A stretch of DNA of 64,000 nucleotides, taken from assembly GCA_964218365.1 (NCBI GenBank), contig CAXPMI010000037.1:3164-67163 (forward strand). Direction: 5' to 3'. Shown piece after piece: positions 15,828 to 24,633 of the stretch (positions are counted from its first letter, which is position 1; each line of letters opens with the position of its first letter). The notes below the pieces were generated by a model, which worked only from the letters and a program-made list of their open reading frames with translations, searched no databases and was not told where the DNA came from. The stretch comes from Candidatus Poseidoniaceae archaeon. GTDB lineage: Archaea; Thermoplasmatota; Poseidoniia; Poseidoniales; Poseidoniaceae. A program made the position numbers and the translations under genes.

Positions 15828-18191
15828 GTGGGCGTAAAGAAGTCGGCATATCGCCAACCGGTTACACCGGAAGGTCTGAAGGCGATTGAAAGCGGTACTC
15901 TCACTTGGCTAGATGACGAGATGTACAACAACCTAAACACAGGTGTTTTGGAACAGTATCTCGAAGAAAAGAATCTAGAGGAAGCGTTCGAAGTTTCTCA
16001 CTGGGATACTAAAAAAGTAATGATTGGCATTGGTATCGGTGCTATTTTCTCTGGTGTTACAGCATATATTGGTCTAAAATTAGGTTTGGCGATTTCAGCA
16101 GCATGGTACATCGCTTACGTTTTGGGTATGGCTCTGAAGTGGTCTCCATCTGAAGTTAACATTGCAACATCTGCAACAACAGGTGCAACTCACGCATCTA
16201 CCGGTTTCATCTTCACTTTCCCTGCTATTTTCTTGTTAGCAGCAGACCCTCAATACTGGTTGTCGGACGGACCTCTTATCGTATTAGGTGAAGGCGAAAC
16301 AATGCGTTTGGCATTTGTTGGAATTGTAGCATCGATGTTTGCTGGTTTCCTTGGTGTAATGTATTTCATTATCTTTAGACGCGTTTGGCTTGTTGAAGAC
16401 CCACTTCCTTTGCCGGGATTCGAAGCCACACTGAAGATGCTCGATATCGCTAGTGACGTAAGCACCGGTGCAGTCGAGCATGCAAGAGAATCTCTGAAGA
16501 CAATAGGAGTTTGGACTGCAATAACTATGGTTGGTTTATTCTTAATCGAATATCCACTAGTTTGGATGAATGGTAAGCGCCAAGCATTGAGTGACTACCT
16601 AGCAGAGATGCTATCCGGTGACACATTCGGCCTAGCATCATTCTACTCTCATGCTAAGATCCACCAGCCTGGTGAAGTCGTTGGTGGTGTTGCAGCAGGT
16701 CCGGCACACTACAACCCAGACACAGTCTTCAACCCCTTCATGTACACCTATGTTGGTGTTGCACTAACACCTTCGATGTTCGCAATCGGTTGGTTCATGA
16801 AGACCAGAGTCGCATTCTTAGTTAACCTTGGAACAATAGTTGGATGGTTCTTCCTTGTTCCTCTTGCAGTTGCATTCAACCTTCCTGTCTATGAAGGCCA
16901 AATCGGCGCAAGTGTTCCATTGCAAGAACTACCTGCAGCTCTTCATGCTGTAAATCCTGCAGATTACCCAAGCAGTACTGGAGCCGTACAAATGTACGCC
17001 TTCGCTAAGGCAGTTCGCTTCATTGCAATCGGTGCAATTGTCGGTGGTGGAATATTTGGTCTGCTTAAGATGTGGAAGACATTTGCTAATATCTTCGTTG
17101 ACATTGGTAAGGCGTTCAAGGGAGACAGCGGTAAGGAATACATGGAAGGAAAGGGATGGTATGAATGGCCACTATCTCACATTCCAATTTTCATGCTGCT
17201 AACATTTGGTTCGATGATTGTAATTTTCATGTTGGGTGAATTCCCACTTGTTGCTAGTATTGTGTTTTCACTAATTCTGCTAATGACGACATTCCTGCTT
17301 GGTGCAATCGCTGTAAGAGTAATGGGTGAAACAGGAATTGAGCCTGTTTCTGGTACATCATTCATCGTTCTATTGATGCTGTTTGGTGTGTTCCTAAACT
17401 TCACCGACCCACTTGGTCTAACCACACAAGAGGCAGTTCTTCTGGGACTGGTTGGAACTACAGTATTCGGTTCAGCGATTTCGATGTCAGGTACGGTAAT
17501 TGGAGATTACAAGAACAGCCTGTACATTGGAAACAGGCCATATCACATCTCTAAGGGTAATATCATGGGAGTTGTTCCAGGTGCTGTAATTGGTGCCGGT
17601 GTTGCAATTTTCCTAGCCAATGAATTAGCACAAGGCCGTATTCAGTTAATTGCACCACAAGCAAATGCATTCGCAACTTTCTCTGTTATCTTTGCAGAGG
17701 GGCAAGGCGACCTAACCCTACTCCTACTTGGATTCCTTCTCGGTGTATTTGTCGAATGGGCAACTGGAATGGGAACTTCATTCGGATTGGGTATGTACCT
17801 AGACGTTCCTCACACACTTCCAATGTTGATTGGTGGAGTTGCTAGAGACCAGTGGGAAGAGAAGAAACTCAAACCAAAGATCGATGCAATCAAGGAAGAA
17901 GAAGGCACAGTCGTGGCAGAAAAGAAGAGAGCTCTCATCTTACTAGGGACCTTCATGGTGGCAGCAGGTCTGCTAACTGGTGAGGCATTCTTCGGTACAG
18001 AAAGCAGTATTCTGTCATTCATTGACTCGCTTTGGGATCCAGAGTTCGGAAGCAGCCTAACATGGCACTTCGTGCGATTAGGTGGCTTCGTATTCTTGAA
18101 CTTGGTAATTGGATACCTGATTTACTTCCTCTTCAAGAGAGCGGGAGTCATTGGTGGCCAATCTCAAGATGCTGAACTAGTAGAGGCATGA
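15828..18191 (+). CDS. OPT-family oligopeptide transporter
   Basis: A 787-aa polytopic membrane protein with an OPT-like 'EDPLPLPGFEATLKML' (L-x-F/L-P-x-G-x-A-x-A) motif. It has a GTG start with an upstream SD. Confidence 0.7.
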   Translation: MGVKKSAYRQPVTPEGLKAIESGTLTWLDDEMYNNLNTGVLEQYLEEKNLEEAFEVSHWDTKKVMIGIGIGAIFSGVTAYIGLKLGLAISAAWYIAYVLGMALKWSPSEVNIATSATTGATHASTGFIFTFPAIFLLAADPQYWLSDGPLIVLGEGETMRLAFVGIVASMFAGFLGVMYFIIFRRVWLVEDPLPLPGFEATLKMLDIASDVSTGAVEHARESLKTIGVWTAITMVGLFLIEYPLVWMNGKRQALSDYLAEMLSGDTFGLASFYSHAKIHQPGEVVGGVAAGPAHYNPDTVFNPFMYTYVGVALTPSMFAIGWFMKTRVAFLVNLGTIVGWFFLVPLAVAFNLPVYEGQIGASVPLQELPAALHAVNPADYPSSTGAVQMYAFAKAVRFIAIGAIVGGGIFGLLKMWKTFANIFVDIGKAFKGDSGKEYMEGKGWYEWPLSHIPIFMLLTFGSMIVIFMLGEFPLVASIVFSLILLMTTFLLGAIAVRVMGETGIEPVSGTSFIVLLMLFGVFLNFTDPLGLTTQEAVLLGLVGTTVFGSAISMSGTVIGDYKNSLYIGNRPYHISKGNIMGVVPGAVIGAGVAIFLANELAQGRIQLIAPQANAFATFSVIFAEGQGDLTLLLLGFLLGVFVEWATGMGTSFGLGMYLDVPHTLPMLIGGVARDQWEEKKLKPKIDAIKEEEGTVVAEKKRALILLGTFMVAAGLLTGEAFFGTESSILSFIDSLWDPEFGSSLTWHFVRLGGFVFLNLVIGYLIYFLFKRAGVIGGQSQDAELVEA

Positions 18192-19114
18192 GAATGAGTC
18201 GCACACCACCGTTGGTGTGGGGATTACTGGCTGCAGGAGTAGTTGGAGTCTCATCTGCCGGGGCTATTTTGTCCCATGTTGACTCTGTTCCACCGCTAAT
18301 GAGAGCATCATGGCGATTACAAATCACGGTTTTGATGCTACTTCCATTCGCAATTTGGCAATATAGACAGATGGAAATAACTGAAAAAAAGAAGTTGACT
18401 GAGAAGAAAACAGTTCTAATTTTGGCAGGTTCAGGAATTGCATTGGCAGCACACTTTGGAACATGGGTGACATCTCTTGACCACACTTCACTAGCACATT
18501 CTCTACTTTTTGTTACTAGCCATCCGATTATCATCGTGATTGGGACGGCAATATTTGTGAGGAAACCTCACTCTCTTGAGACAGCAGGTGCTCTAGTTGG
18601 TCTGGTTGGTGCTGGAATTACTCTATTAGATGCAAAGGATAGTGGGGACGTAACCCTGTGGGGCGATTTCCTTGCCTTTGCAGGAGCTATTACTGTTGTC
18701 GGATACATCGTTGCAGGAAGGATACTCAGAGAATGGATGCCGGTATTTGTCTACGCAGTACCTGTTACTCTATTAGGTGGAATCTTACTGATTCCCTTCT
18801 CAATTTTGATGGGAGAGAGCACATCTGCTATTGGATGGATTGAATCAGATTTGCTTGGGTGGTTCATTTTACTCGCCTTCTTAGCAGGTATAGTCGGACA
18901 CACAGGACTAAACGCATGTCTACGTTGGCTAAGACCACTAACGGTATCATTTGCAGTAACTCTCGAGCCAATAATTGGCGCTTTCATTGGTTGGTTCTTC
19001 TTTGATGAAGACATTCCACAGAAGTGGACATGGCTTGGTGGTTTGATTCTGATTTTCGGGATCATGCTCGTGATTAAGGGAGGTGCAGAACATGGCGTGG
19101 ATTCTTCTGACTAA
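18188..19114 (+). CDS. EamA/DMT-family transporter
   Basis: About 10 TM segments in two similar halves, as is typical of the drug/metabolite transporter superfamily. It shows an ATGA overlap with the OPT stop codon. Confidence 0.65.
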   Translation: MRMSRTPPLVWGLLAAGVVGVSSAGAILSHVDSVPPLMRASWRLQITVLMLLPFAIWQYRQMEITEKKKLTEKKTVLILAGSGIALAAHFGTWVTSLDHTSLAHSLLFVTSHPIIIVIGTAIFVRKPHSLETAGALVGLVGAGITLLDAKDSGDVTLWGDFLAFAGAITVVGYIVAGRILREWMPVFVYAVPVTLLGGILLIPFSILMGESTSAIGWIESDLLGWFILLAFLAGIVGHTGLNACLRWLRPLTVSFAVTLEPIIGAFIGWFFFDEDIPQKWTWLGGLILIFGIMLVIKGGAEHGVDSSD

Positions 19115-20015
19115 TGATGATGGTATTGAAGCAGAAAGTTTGCAAACGCTTGTCACAGCACTACATGAAAGAGGACATGGTTGTATTGTATTCGCACCTA
19201 GTGAAAATAACTCAGCAGTCAGTATGAAAATATCACTAGGTAAGCCGCTTACTGTTACAAAAGTCGAAGACCACCGAGATAGAATGCATCAATTTTCTAT
19301 TGGAGGCACTCCTTGTGATTGTATCATAGCGGCTTTGGATGGAGGATTACAAAAATTAGTACCAGGCATAATGCCAAAACTAGTAGTTAGTGGTGTAAAC
19401 CTTGGTCCTAACCTCTCTCAAGATGCCTATCATAGTGGAACGATAGCAGCTGCGAGGGAAGCAGGAATGTATGGAATGCCCGCAATTGCATCATCATGGT
19501 CTTCATTCGACCCAGAAGGAATGGAAATTGCAATTGAAGCCACAGTACAACTTGTCGAGGCAGCTCTTGCAGTACTTCCAGATGAGCCTGCTAATCTCAA
19601 TCGCCCTCACGTTGATGTTAACGCACCACATCTAACCTCTTGGCCAAAGGAGACAATAATGGGTTGGGAAGATGACCCAATCGCTGCCCTAAGAAGATCC
19701 TTCGCAGCGGGTGAAATGCTACTCAATCTTAACGTCCCAAGAGACTGGAATGGCACATTTGCAACTACTCGACTTGGAATGAGATGGTATCGTAGTGCAA
19801 TCACTTTCTCTAATGACACGTCCACTTTCCAACTAGGGGCTGCTAGAATAGATGTAGATGAAGTCGATAGAGGCGACGTAGATTCTGACATACAGGGTAT
19901 CGCCAGTGTTACATGTATGCCGTCTTGGCCTCAAACCCACCCTCTTGAAATGGACATGTCTCTTCTTGGTTGGGCATTAGAAAATAGCAGGGACGGTTTA
20001 CCAAACTGGCTTTGA
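19092..20015 (+). CDS. surE: 5'/3'-nucleotidase SurE
   Basis: The N-terminal signature 'ILLTNDDGIEAESLQTL' plus 'SGVNLGPNL' and 'HSGTIAAAREA'. The start is chosen at the Met giving 'MAWILLTNDDG'; the ORF track begins at 19083. Confidence 0.85.
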   Translation: MAWILLTNDDGIEAESLQTLVTALHERGHGCIVFAPSENNSAVSMKISLGKPLTVTKVEDHRDRMHQFSIGGTPCDCIIAALDGGLQKLVPGIMPKLVVSGVNLGPNLSQDAYHSGTIAAAREAGMYGMPAIASSWSSFDPEGMEIAIEATVQLVEAALAVLPDEPANLNRPHVDVNAPHLTSWPKETIMGWEDDPIAALRRSFAAGEMLLNLNVPRDWNGTFATTRLGMRWYRSAITFSNDTSTFQLGAARIDVDEVDRGDVDSDIQGIASVTCMPSWPQTHPLEMDMSLLGWALENSRDGLPNWL

Positions 20016-20019
20016 ATGC

Positions 20020-20619
20020 TCAAAGATTGAGATTCACACCTTCGTCAAGAAGGAAGTTAACTATCGCAATGCATGTATGACCTTGTAACCATGCCTCACC
20101 TAGGCTTCTCGGTGTACCTCTTTCGCATTCAAGGGGTTTGTCATCACCACGGATAAATCCAATGTCATCTATTGCGAAATTGGATGGAAGTTGCCCAGAA
20201 TATAGATTTTTTGAATCTGCTTCTAACCTTATAGTTGGACAGTTCCAATCATCCAATGTCATGTCTAAATCCCCACCTCCGTCATAAATTCCTGGATTCC
20301 TTTCTATCCAGTGCCCCCTAGGAGGAATTGGCTCTCTGATGACAGCAGCAATCTTTCCTGCTACCGCTCTTTCTTCGGCATGTATCCCTTTGAGTTCATT
20401 TGAAACGAATTTGATTCTTCTTGCAGGTCCAGGTCCACCAAGCAGTATCATTGTGAATTCAACATCCTTTCTAATCCCATGACTGGTTAGAATTGAAGCC
20501 ATTAGGGCCCTTACGAGGACATCCATTCTTCCAGCACCTCCTGCCATATCGTTGAGGGGAAGCTTGCCTTTTGCCATAGCTCGAGTTCCAACAATGACAA
20601 ATCTTCGCAGAATAATCAC
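20020..20619 (-). CDS. trmY: tRNA (pseudouridine54-N1)-methyltransferase TrmY (SPOUT, COG1901)
   Basis: 'FVIVG...GKLPLNDMAGGAGRMDVLVRALMASILTSHGIRKDVEFTMIL' matches my memory of the TrmY/DUF358 N-terminal pattern. It has a 4-nt overlap with the coaBC stop. Confidence 0.65.
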   Translation of the reverse strand: MIILRRFVIVGTRAMAKGKLPLNDMAGGAGRMDVLVRALMASILTSHGIRKDVEFTMILLGGPGPARRIKFVSNELKGIHAEERAVAGKIAAVIREPIPPRGHWIERNPGIYDGGGDLDMTLDDWNCPTIRLEADSKNLYSGQLPSNFAIDDIGFIRGDDKPLECERGTPRSLGEAWLQGHTCIAIVNFLLDEGVNLNL

Positions 20620-21860
20620 CTGTTATTCTCGATTACAGAACGTATAGCTTCGCACATGTCGTCTTCAGTTTCAAGGACGAAATTTGCACCATGTGCATCG
20701 ATTAGCCACCCTCTTGGTTTCCCTTCCTTTCCGTAATCTTCCATACGATTTGCAATTGTTGCAGTCATGCCTGCAGTTTGAATTTGAGCGTGTGCTCTGT
20801 AAACAAGGTCTTTCTGTTTGATTCCACTCTCTAGTTTGAAACCTATTCGAGTAGAACCTTCACATAGTTCTCTTAGTTCCATGATGTGCTTTGCGCCTTC
20901 AGTCAGTTGAATATCTAAATCACCCTGCAGTGATGCGATTTTACCCTCAACTGGTTCAGGGATGATGTAATCTAAAACTGCTGCAGCGTGAATCCATACA
21001 TCAATTCTATCTTTGGCTAATGCTTTCAGTTCTCTCAACATTTCATCGGGTTCTGGACAATTAATGTCCAGTGAAAGCCAATCTGGTTTCTTGCAGGTGG
21101 TAACACCACTAACGCAAGTGACATCCATGCCGTGTCTGTAAAGGTCATCTGCAATCTTGTATCCCGTTTTTCCGCTAGAAGTATTCTGGACGTACCTAAC
21201 ATCATCGATTGAACTTCTAGTTGCACCAAGGGTAACAACAACTGAGGTAGAATTCTTATTCACTAAATTTCCAAGTCTAGCAACGATTTCCTCATGATTT
21301 GGAGTCTTCCGCTTGCCTTCTTCTTCGGGTCCCCATAGAACTTTGACCCCTGATTTTACACACTCGATAACGAGGTCCTCTGTAACAGGGTCATTAGCAA
21401 GATCATTATGCATCGATGGCACCATCATAATCGGACAGTTTCTGCCTCTAGCGGCTGCCAGTGCCATTAGAAGTGGTCCATTCATAACGCCGTGTATGAA
21501 GGAAGCAATGATGTTCCTAGTTGCAGGTGTAACCAAAACAGCATCAAATCCTGAAAGAGCAGTTAAGTCCCCATCCCAGTCAGTGATTACCTCTCCTTGA
21601 CACGCCCAACGGACTGCCATTGGAGTGATGACTTGTTGAGCGGAGGGTGTCATGATTACAGAGACATCTGCTCCATGCCTTCTGAGTTCTCTAGCAAGCC
21701 TCACGGTATCGACTGCGGCAATACCTCCGCTTACTCCGAGTAAGACGTGACGCCCTTTCAGAGAAGAGCCACGAATCTCGACATCGGTGTCACGCATGTT
21801 TTGGGCACGGGCCACTGCTTCAATACGCCTTCGCTGTGAAACATTGCTAATATGGATCAA
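20616..21860 (-). CDS. coaBC: Bifunctional phosphopantothenoylcysteine decarboxylase / phosphopantothenate-cysteine ligase
   Basis: The flavoprotein N-domain reads 'GRHVLLGVSGGIAAVDTVRLARELRRHGADVSVIMT' and 'PATRNIIA'. The C-domain contains 'TLGATRSSIDDVRYVQNTSSGKTG'. Confidence 0.85.
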   Translation of the reverse strand: MIHISNVSQRRRIEAVARAQNMRDTDVEIRGSSLKGRHVLLGVSGGIAAVDTVRLARELRRHGADVSVIMTPSAQQVITPMAVRWACQGEVITDWDGDLTALSGFDAVLVTPATRNIIASFIHGVMNGPLLMALAAARGRNCPIMMVPSMHNDLANDPVTEDLVIECVKSGVKVLWGPEEEGKRKTPNHEEIVARLGNLVNKNSTSVVVTLGATRSSIDDVRYVQNTSSGKTGYKIADDLYRHGMDVTCVSGVTTCKKPDWLSLDINCPEPDEMLRELKALAKDRIDVWIHAAAVLDYIIPEPVEGKIASLQGDLDIQLTEGAKHIMELRELCEGSTRIGFKLESGIKQKDLVYRAHAQIQTAGMTATIANRMEDYGKEGKPRGWLIDAHGANFVLETEDDMCEAIRSVIENNR

Positions 21861-21901
21861 AGAACCGGTTACTTGAATTGTAAATCTTCTATGGTTGATA
21901 C

Positions 21902-22471
21902 ATGGCAGATGCTGATGAGATTGTGTTGGCAGGCTCTAGGCCTCAGCATTCGAATCCGATCGAATCTCTTCACAACCGAACTGCATTTGTTCTAATTATT
22001 GATTCAGCAATTGTCACATTCGCCTTCTATTCGCTATTTGGTAGTCTAGCCTTGATTCCAGGTGCTTTCTTTCTAGCTGTTTGGTCGGGTTACAAGAATA
22101 GATCTGCCTGGGCGTACTGGTTTGCTCCAATTATTATTGGAGGATTAACTGTAATTTTCGCAATTTTGCTATTCATAAATATGTTGACAATTTTTTCTGG
22201 AAACATATCTGGATTACTGTTTGCACTAATATTGGGATATGCTATATTTTCATCTGTAAGGTTCATCAGAATTCATTTCCATCCTGTGTATCAAATGGGA
22301 TACAGCGGCCACTCTGTCTACGATGAAGGGATTAAACTTCCAGCAAATGAAATGCTAGCAGCATGTCCAACCTGCTTGGCAGTGCTTGCAGTAAATCCAG
22401 TTATGCTATCGCCAAAGGACAAATGTCCTCATTGTGATTCTCCACTTGTACTCGGTTACGAAGAGGAGTGA
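21902..22471 (+). CDS. Hypothetical 4-TM membrane protein with C-terminal zinc ribbon
   Basis: Four hydrophobic helices are followed by 'CPTC...CPHC'. I recognise no family. It is convergent with the actin-like gene, with stops 5 bp apart. Confidence 0.5.
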   Translation: MADADEIVLAGSRPQHSNPIESLHNRTAFVLIIDSAIVTFAFYSLFGSLALIPGAFFLAVWSGYKNRSAWAYWFAPIIIGGLTVIFAILLFINMLTIFSGNISGLLFALILGYAIFSSVRFIRIHFHPVYQMGYSGHSVYDEGIKLPANEMLAACPTCLAVLAVNPVMLSPKDKCPHCDSPLVLGYEEE

Positions 22472-22476
22472 AACAA

Positions 22477-23514
22477 TCAGCGAGATGCTAGAGTTAGGTT
22501 CTTCCACATGTCTTCAGGAACTTCCATTGCTAGTCTTAGACCACCCATTGCACCTAGGCGAACAGGGTCATCTACGACGTGAACGTTAACGTCGCCCATG
22601 TCTGACAATCTTCTCTCAATAAGAGCTCCAAGTCCTCTGATTCCAGAGCCTCCTCCCGCTAAGACCATGTTCCTGCGGAATTCATCGTGGAATTCAGGGT
22701 TAGAACCTGCGATAAGTGCCTTAACGTTCTCGACGATTGGGTCGACAATGGACTCACATGCTGCTTGAATACAATCTGTGATGTCTAGAGACATTGCCTT
22801 ACCTTCGATTGAGAAGTCGACCATAATTGGCTCATCTGGTGTTGATGTTGAAACGAAGGAGTATTGTTCCTTCCATCTGCGAGCCATGTCTTTGGTGATC
22901 TGTGCACCGTTGTACTTCTTCTGTACTTCAAGGATGATTTGGTTGTCTACATAGTCACCAGCGTATCCTGTGTGCATTTGGTCGCCAGGTCCGGGGATTG
23001 TTCCGTAGACGCGGCAAAGGTCAGTTGTACCTGCTCCAATATCGATAACCAGAGTGTGCTCAATCATATCTAGAGCGTATGCGACTGCGAACGGCTCAGA
23101 GATAATCATTGCAGCATTGACAGAGCCAGCAGCTGCATCAAAAATTGAAGTCTTGTCGACGTGGCTTGCTTCTGCAGGAGCACCGATAACGGCGACTACT
23201 CTGTCGTAATCTTCTGGGTCAGACAAGCCGATTAGGTGGGTAATGAAGTGAGCGATAAACTCTCTATCTTCTGGTGTGTCCTTGATGACTCCCAGTTCAA
23301 GAGGTCTGAACAGGTTAAGTGCCAACCTGTTCTTCAATGCCTCATTTCCGAATAGAACATCTCTCTTCAAGAAATTTCTTGCGATTGGGTCTTTTGGTGT
23401 GCCGATAACAGTCAACTCTTCTTCCTCGTGACTGTCACTTGATACCATTACAGAACGAAAGGTTCCAAGGTCAATTCCAATGTAAAGTACTTCTTCAGCC
23501 ATAATACTCGCCAT
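22477..23514 (-). CDS. Actin-fold ATPase of the MamK/MreB type
   Basis: Phosphate-1 'YIGIDLGTFRS', then 'VIGTPKD', 'AVIGAPAEAS' and 'IISEPFAVAYALD'. Phosphate-2 'LVIDIGAGTTDLCRVYGTIPGPGDQ'. Adenosine motif 'LAGGGSGIRGL', then 'DDPVRLGAMGGLRLA'. At 345 aa the length and motif spacing resemble MamK as I remember it. The start may be Met5 (23502). Confidence 0.8.
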   Translation of the reverse strand: MASIMAEEVLYIGIDLGTFRSVMVSSDSHEEEELTVIGTPKDPIARNFLKRDVLFGNEALKNRLALNLFRPLELGVIKDTPEDREFIAHFITHLIGLSDPEDYDRVVAVIGAPAEASHVDKTSIFDAAAGSVNAAMIISEPFAVAYALDMIEHTLVIDIGAGTTDLCRVYGTIPGPGDQMHTGYAGDYVDNQIILEVQKKYNGAQITKDMARRWKEQYSFVSTSTPDEPIMVDFSIEGKAMSLDITDCIQAACESIVDPIVENVKALIAGSNPEFHDEFRRNMVLAGGGSGIRGLGALIERRLSDMGDVNVHVVDDPVRLGAMGGLRLAMEVPEDMWKNLTLASR

Positions 23515-23577
23515 TCCGCCCCATCGGCTCTCACCTTATGAAGAATGCCTTAGAACCATTACTCGACTTGGCACCAA

Positions 23578-23593
23578 ATAAAATCTATATATC
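23578..23593 (-). promoter_or_regulatory. Candidate TATA-box region upstream of the actin-like gene
   Basis: The minus strand reads 'GATATATAGATTTTATTTG' within the 85-bp spacer, about 65-80 nt upstream of the ATG. This suggests the actin-like gene can be transcribed from its own promoter. Confidence 0.3.
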
Positions 23594-23599
23594 GTAGGG

Positions 23600-24601
23600 C
23601 TAACACCAATTTTCACATGCCTTACAGTACCATGCTGCATAGTCTGCGTAAAGGTCAGCCATTGCTCCACAATTTGTACATTCTTTGAGTGCATGCTCTC
23701 CGAAAATCTGTTGGACAATTTGCACATGCAAGTAATCGTCAATACCTAATTGTTGTCTCATTGCCCACAACATTTGATCTTCGGATGGAGAGATGATTCC
23801 ATCGGCTAGGCAGATTTCTACAACCACTTTGTAATCCTCTACCATTCGAACATCACGAGGGTCCATTGAAACTCCGGATTTCTCAGCAACTATGTCGGTA
23901 CCGCCTGGGTCGTCAACAAAAATGACTAGTGAATCTGCGTTTAGATTTTCGTCACGTAACTCTAGCAGGATTATGCTACCTTCTTGGTTAGCGTAAACCA
24001 AGTTTGAGAATCTGTTGATTACGTTTGTAATAGAGCGAGCAGTGTCTTCAGCAGACCTTCCTCTGCGCCAACCGGTTTCACTAGCTTCGTCAAAAGCGTA
24101 GAACTCAGTTCCCATGCCTGGATATTCAAGCCGAATTTCTTCTCCGCCGTCAAAGCCGTTTGCCACGATAGTAATGCTTCCCACTGTCGTATCCACCAAA
24201 TTGTCATCATCATCAAATGAAATCATTAGTGGCTTTCTCTCCTCTGCAGCTGCATTGAAGTGACCACTCATACCACTCATCCACTTGTCCTCTAACCTCT
24301 TCAAAGAAGCCTCTTGCTCACCTGATAGCCCTCTGTCAATACCTAAGACGTTACTAAGGTCGCCAGATTGCATTTCACTTTTGAATTCCTCAATCAGTTC
24401 AGCATCTCTACGGTAGGTTTGTGGCGGCCCTCTTTTCTGTGCAACGTGATGTGGGTCCTTCCACTCATATCCGCATCTAACACAACTTAGGTATCCGGCG
24501 AGTGTCGAGGGCTGCTTTTCCCCACCACATCGGGGGCAATCTCCTTCCTCTGATATGGTTAGATTTTCATAGGCTTCGCGTCGGCCTTTACGGATACCCA
24601 T
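23600..24601 (-). CDS. Hypothetical protein with N- and C-terminal zinc ribbons and a TerB-like helical module
   Basis: 'CPRCGG...CVRCGYEW' at the N-terminus and 'CTNCG...CKACENWC' at the C-terminus. A penultimate helical segment, 'VVVEICLADGIISPSEDQMLWAMRQQLGID', is reminiscent of TerB-like domains. It lies directly upstream of the actin-like gene on the same strand. Confidence 0.55.
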   Translation of the reverse strand: MGIRKGRREAYENLTISEEGDCPRCGGEKQPSTLAGYLSCVRCGYEWKDPHHVAQKRGPPQTYRRDAELIEEFKSEMQSGDLSNVLGIDRGLSGEQEASLKRLEDKWMSGMSGHFNAAAEERKPLMISFDDDDNLVDTTVGSITIVANGFDGGEEIRLEYPGMGTEFYAFDEASETGWRRGRSAEDTARSITNVINRFSNLVYANQEGSIILLELRDENLNADSLVIFVDDPGGTDIVAEKSGVSMDPRDVRMVEDYKVVVEICLADGIISPSEDQMLWAMRQQLGIDDYLHVQIVQQIFGEHALKECTNCGAMADLYADYAAWYCKACENWC

Positions 24602-24633
24602 GTGGCCACTTGATATGCGATATCACATGAACG

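Noticed and set aside
22477-23514. A magnetosome gene island implied by the MamK-like protein.
   Set aside because: There are no MamA/B/E/I/L/M/O/P/Q-like genes in the flanks: no CDF transporters, HtrA/PDZ proteases, or small magnetosome membrane proteins. The neighbours are thiolase, KptA and zinc-ribbon proteins.
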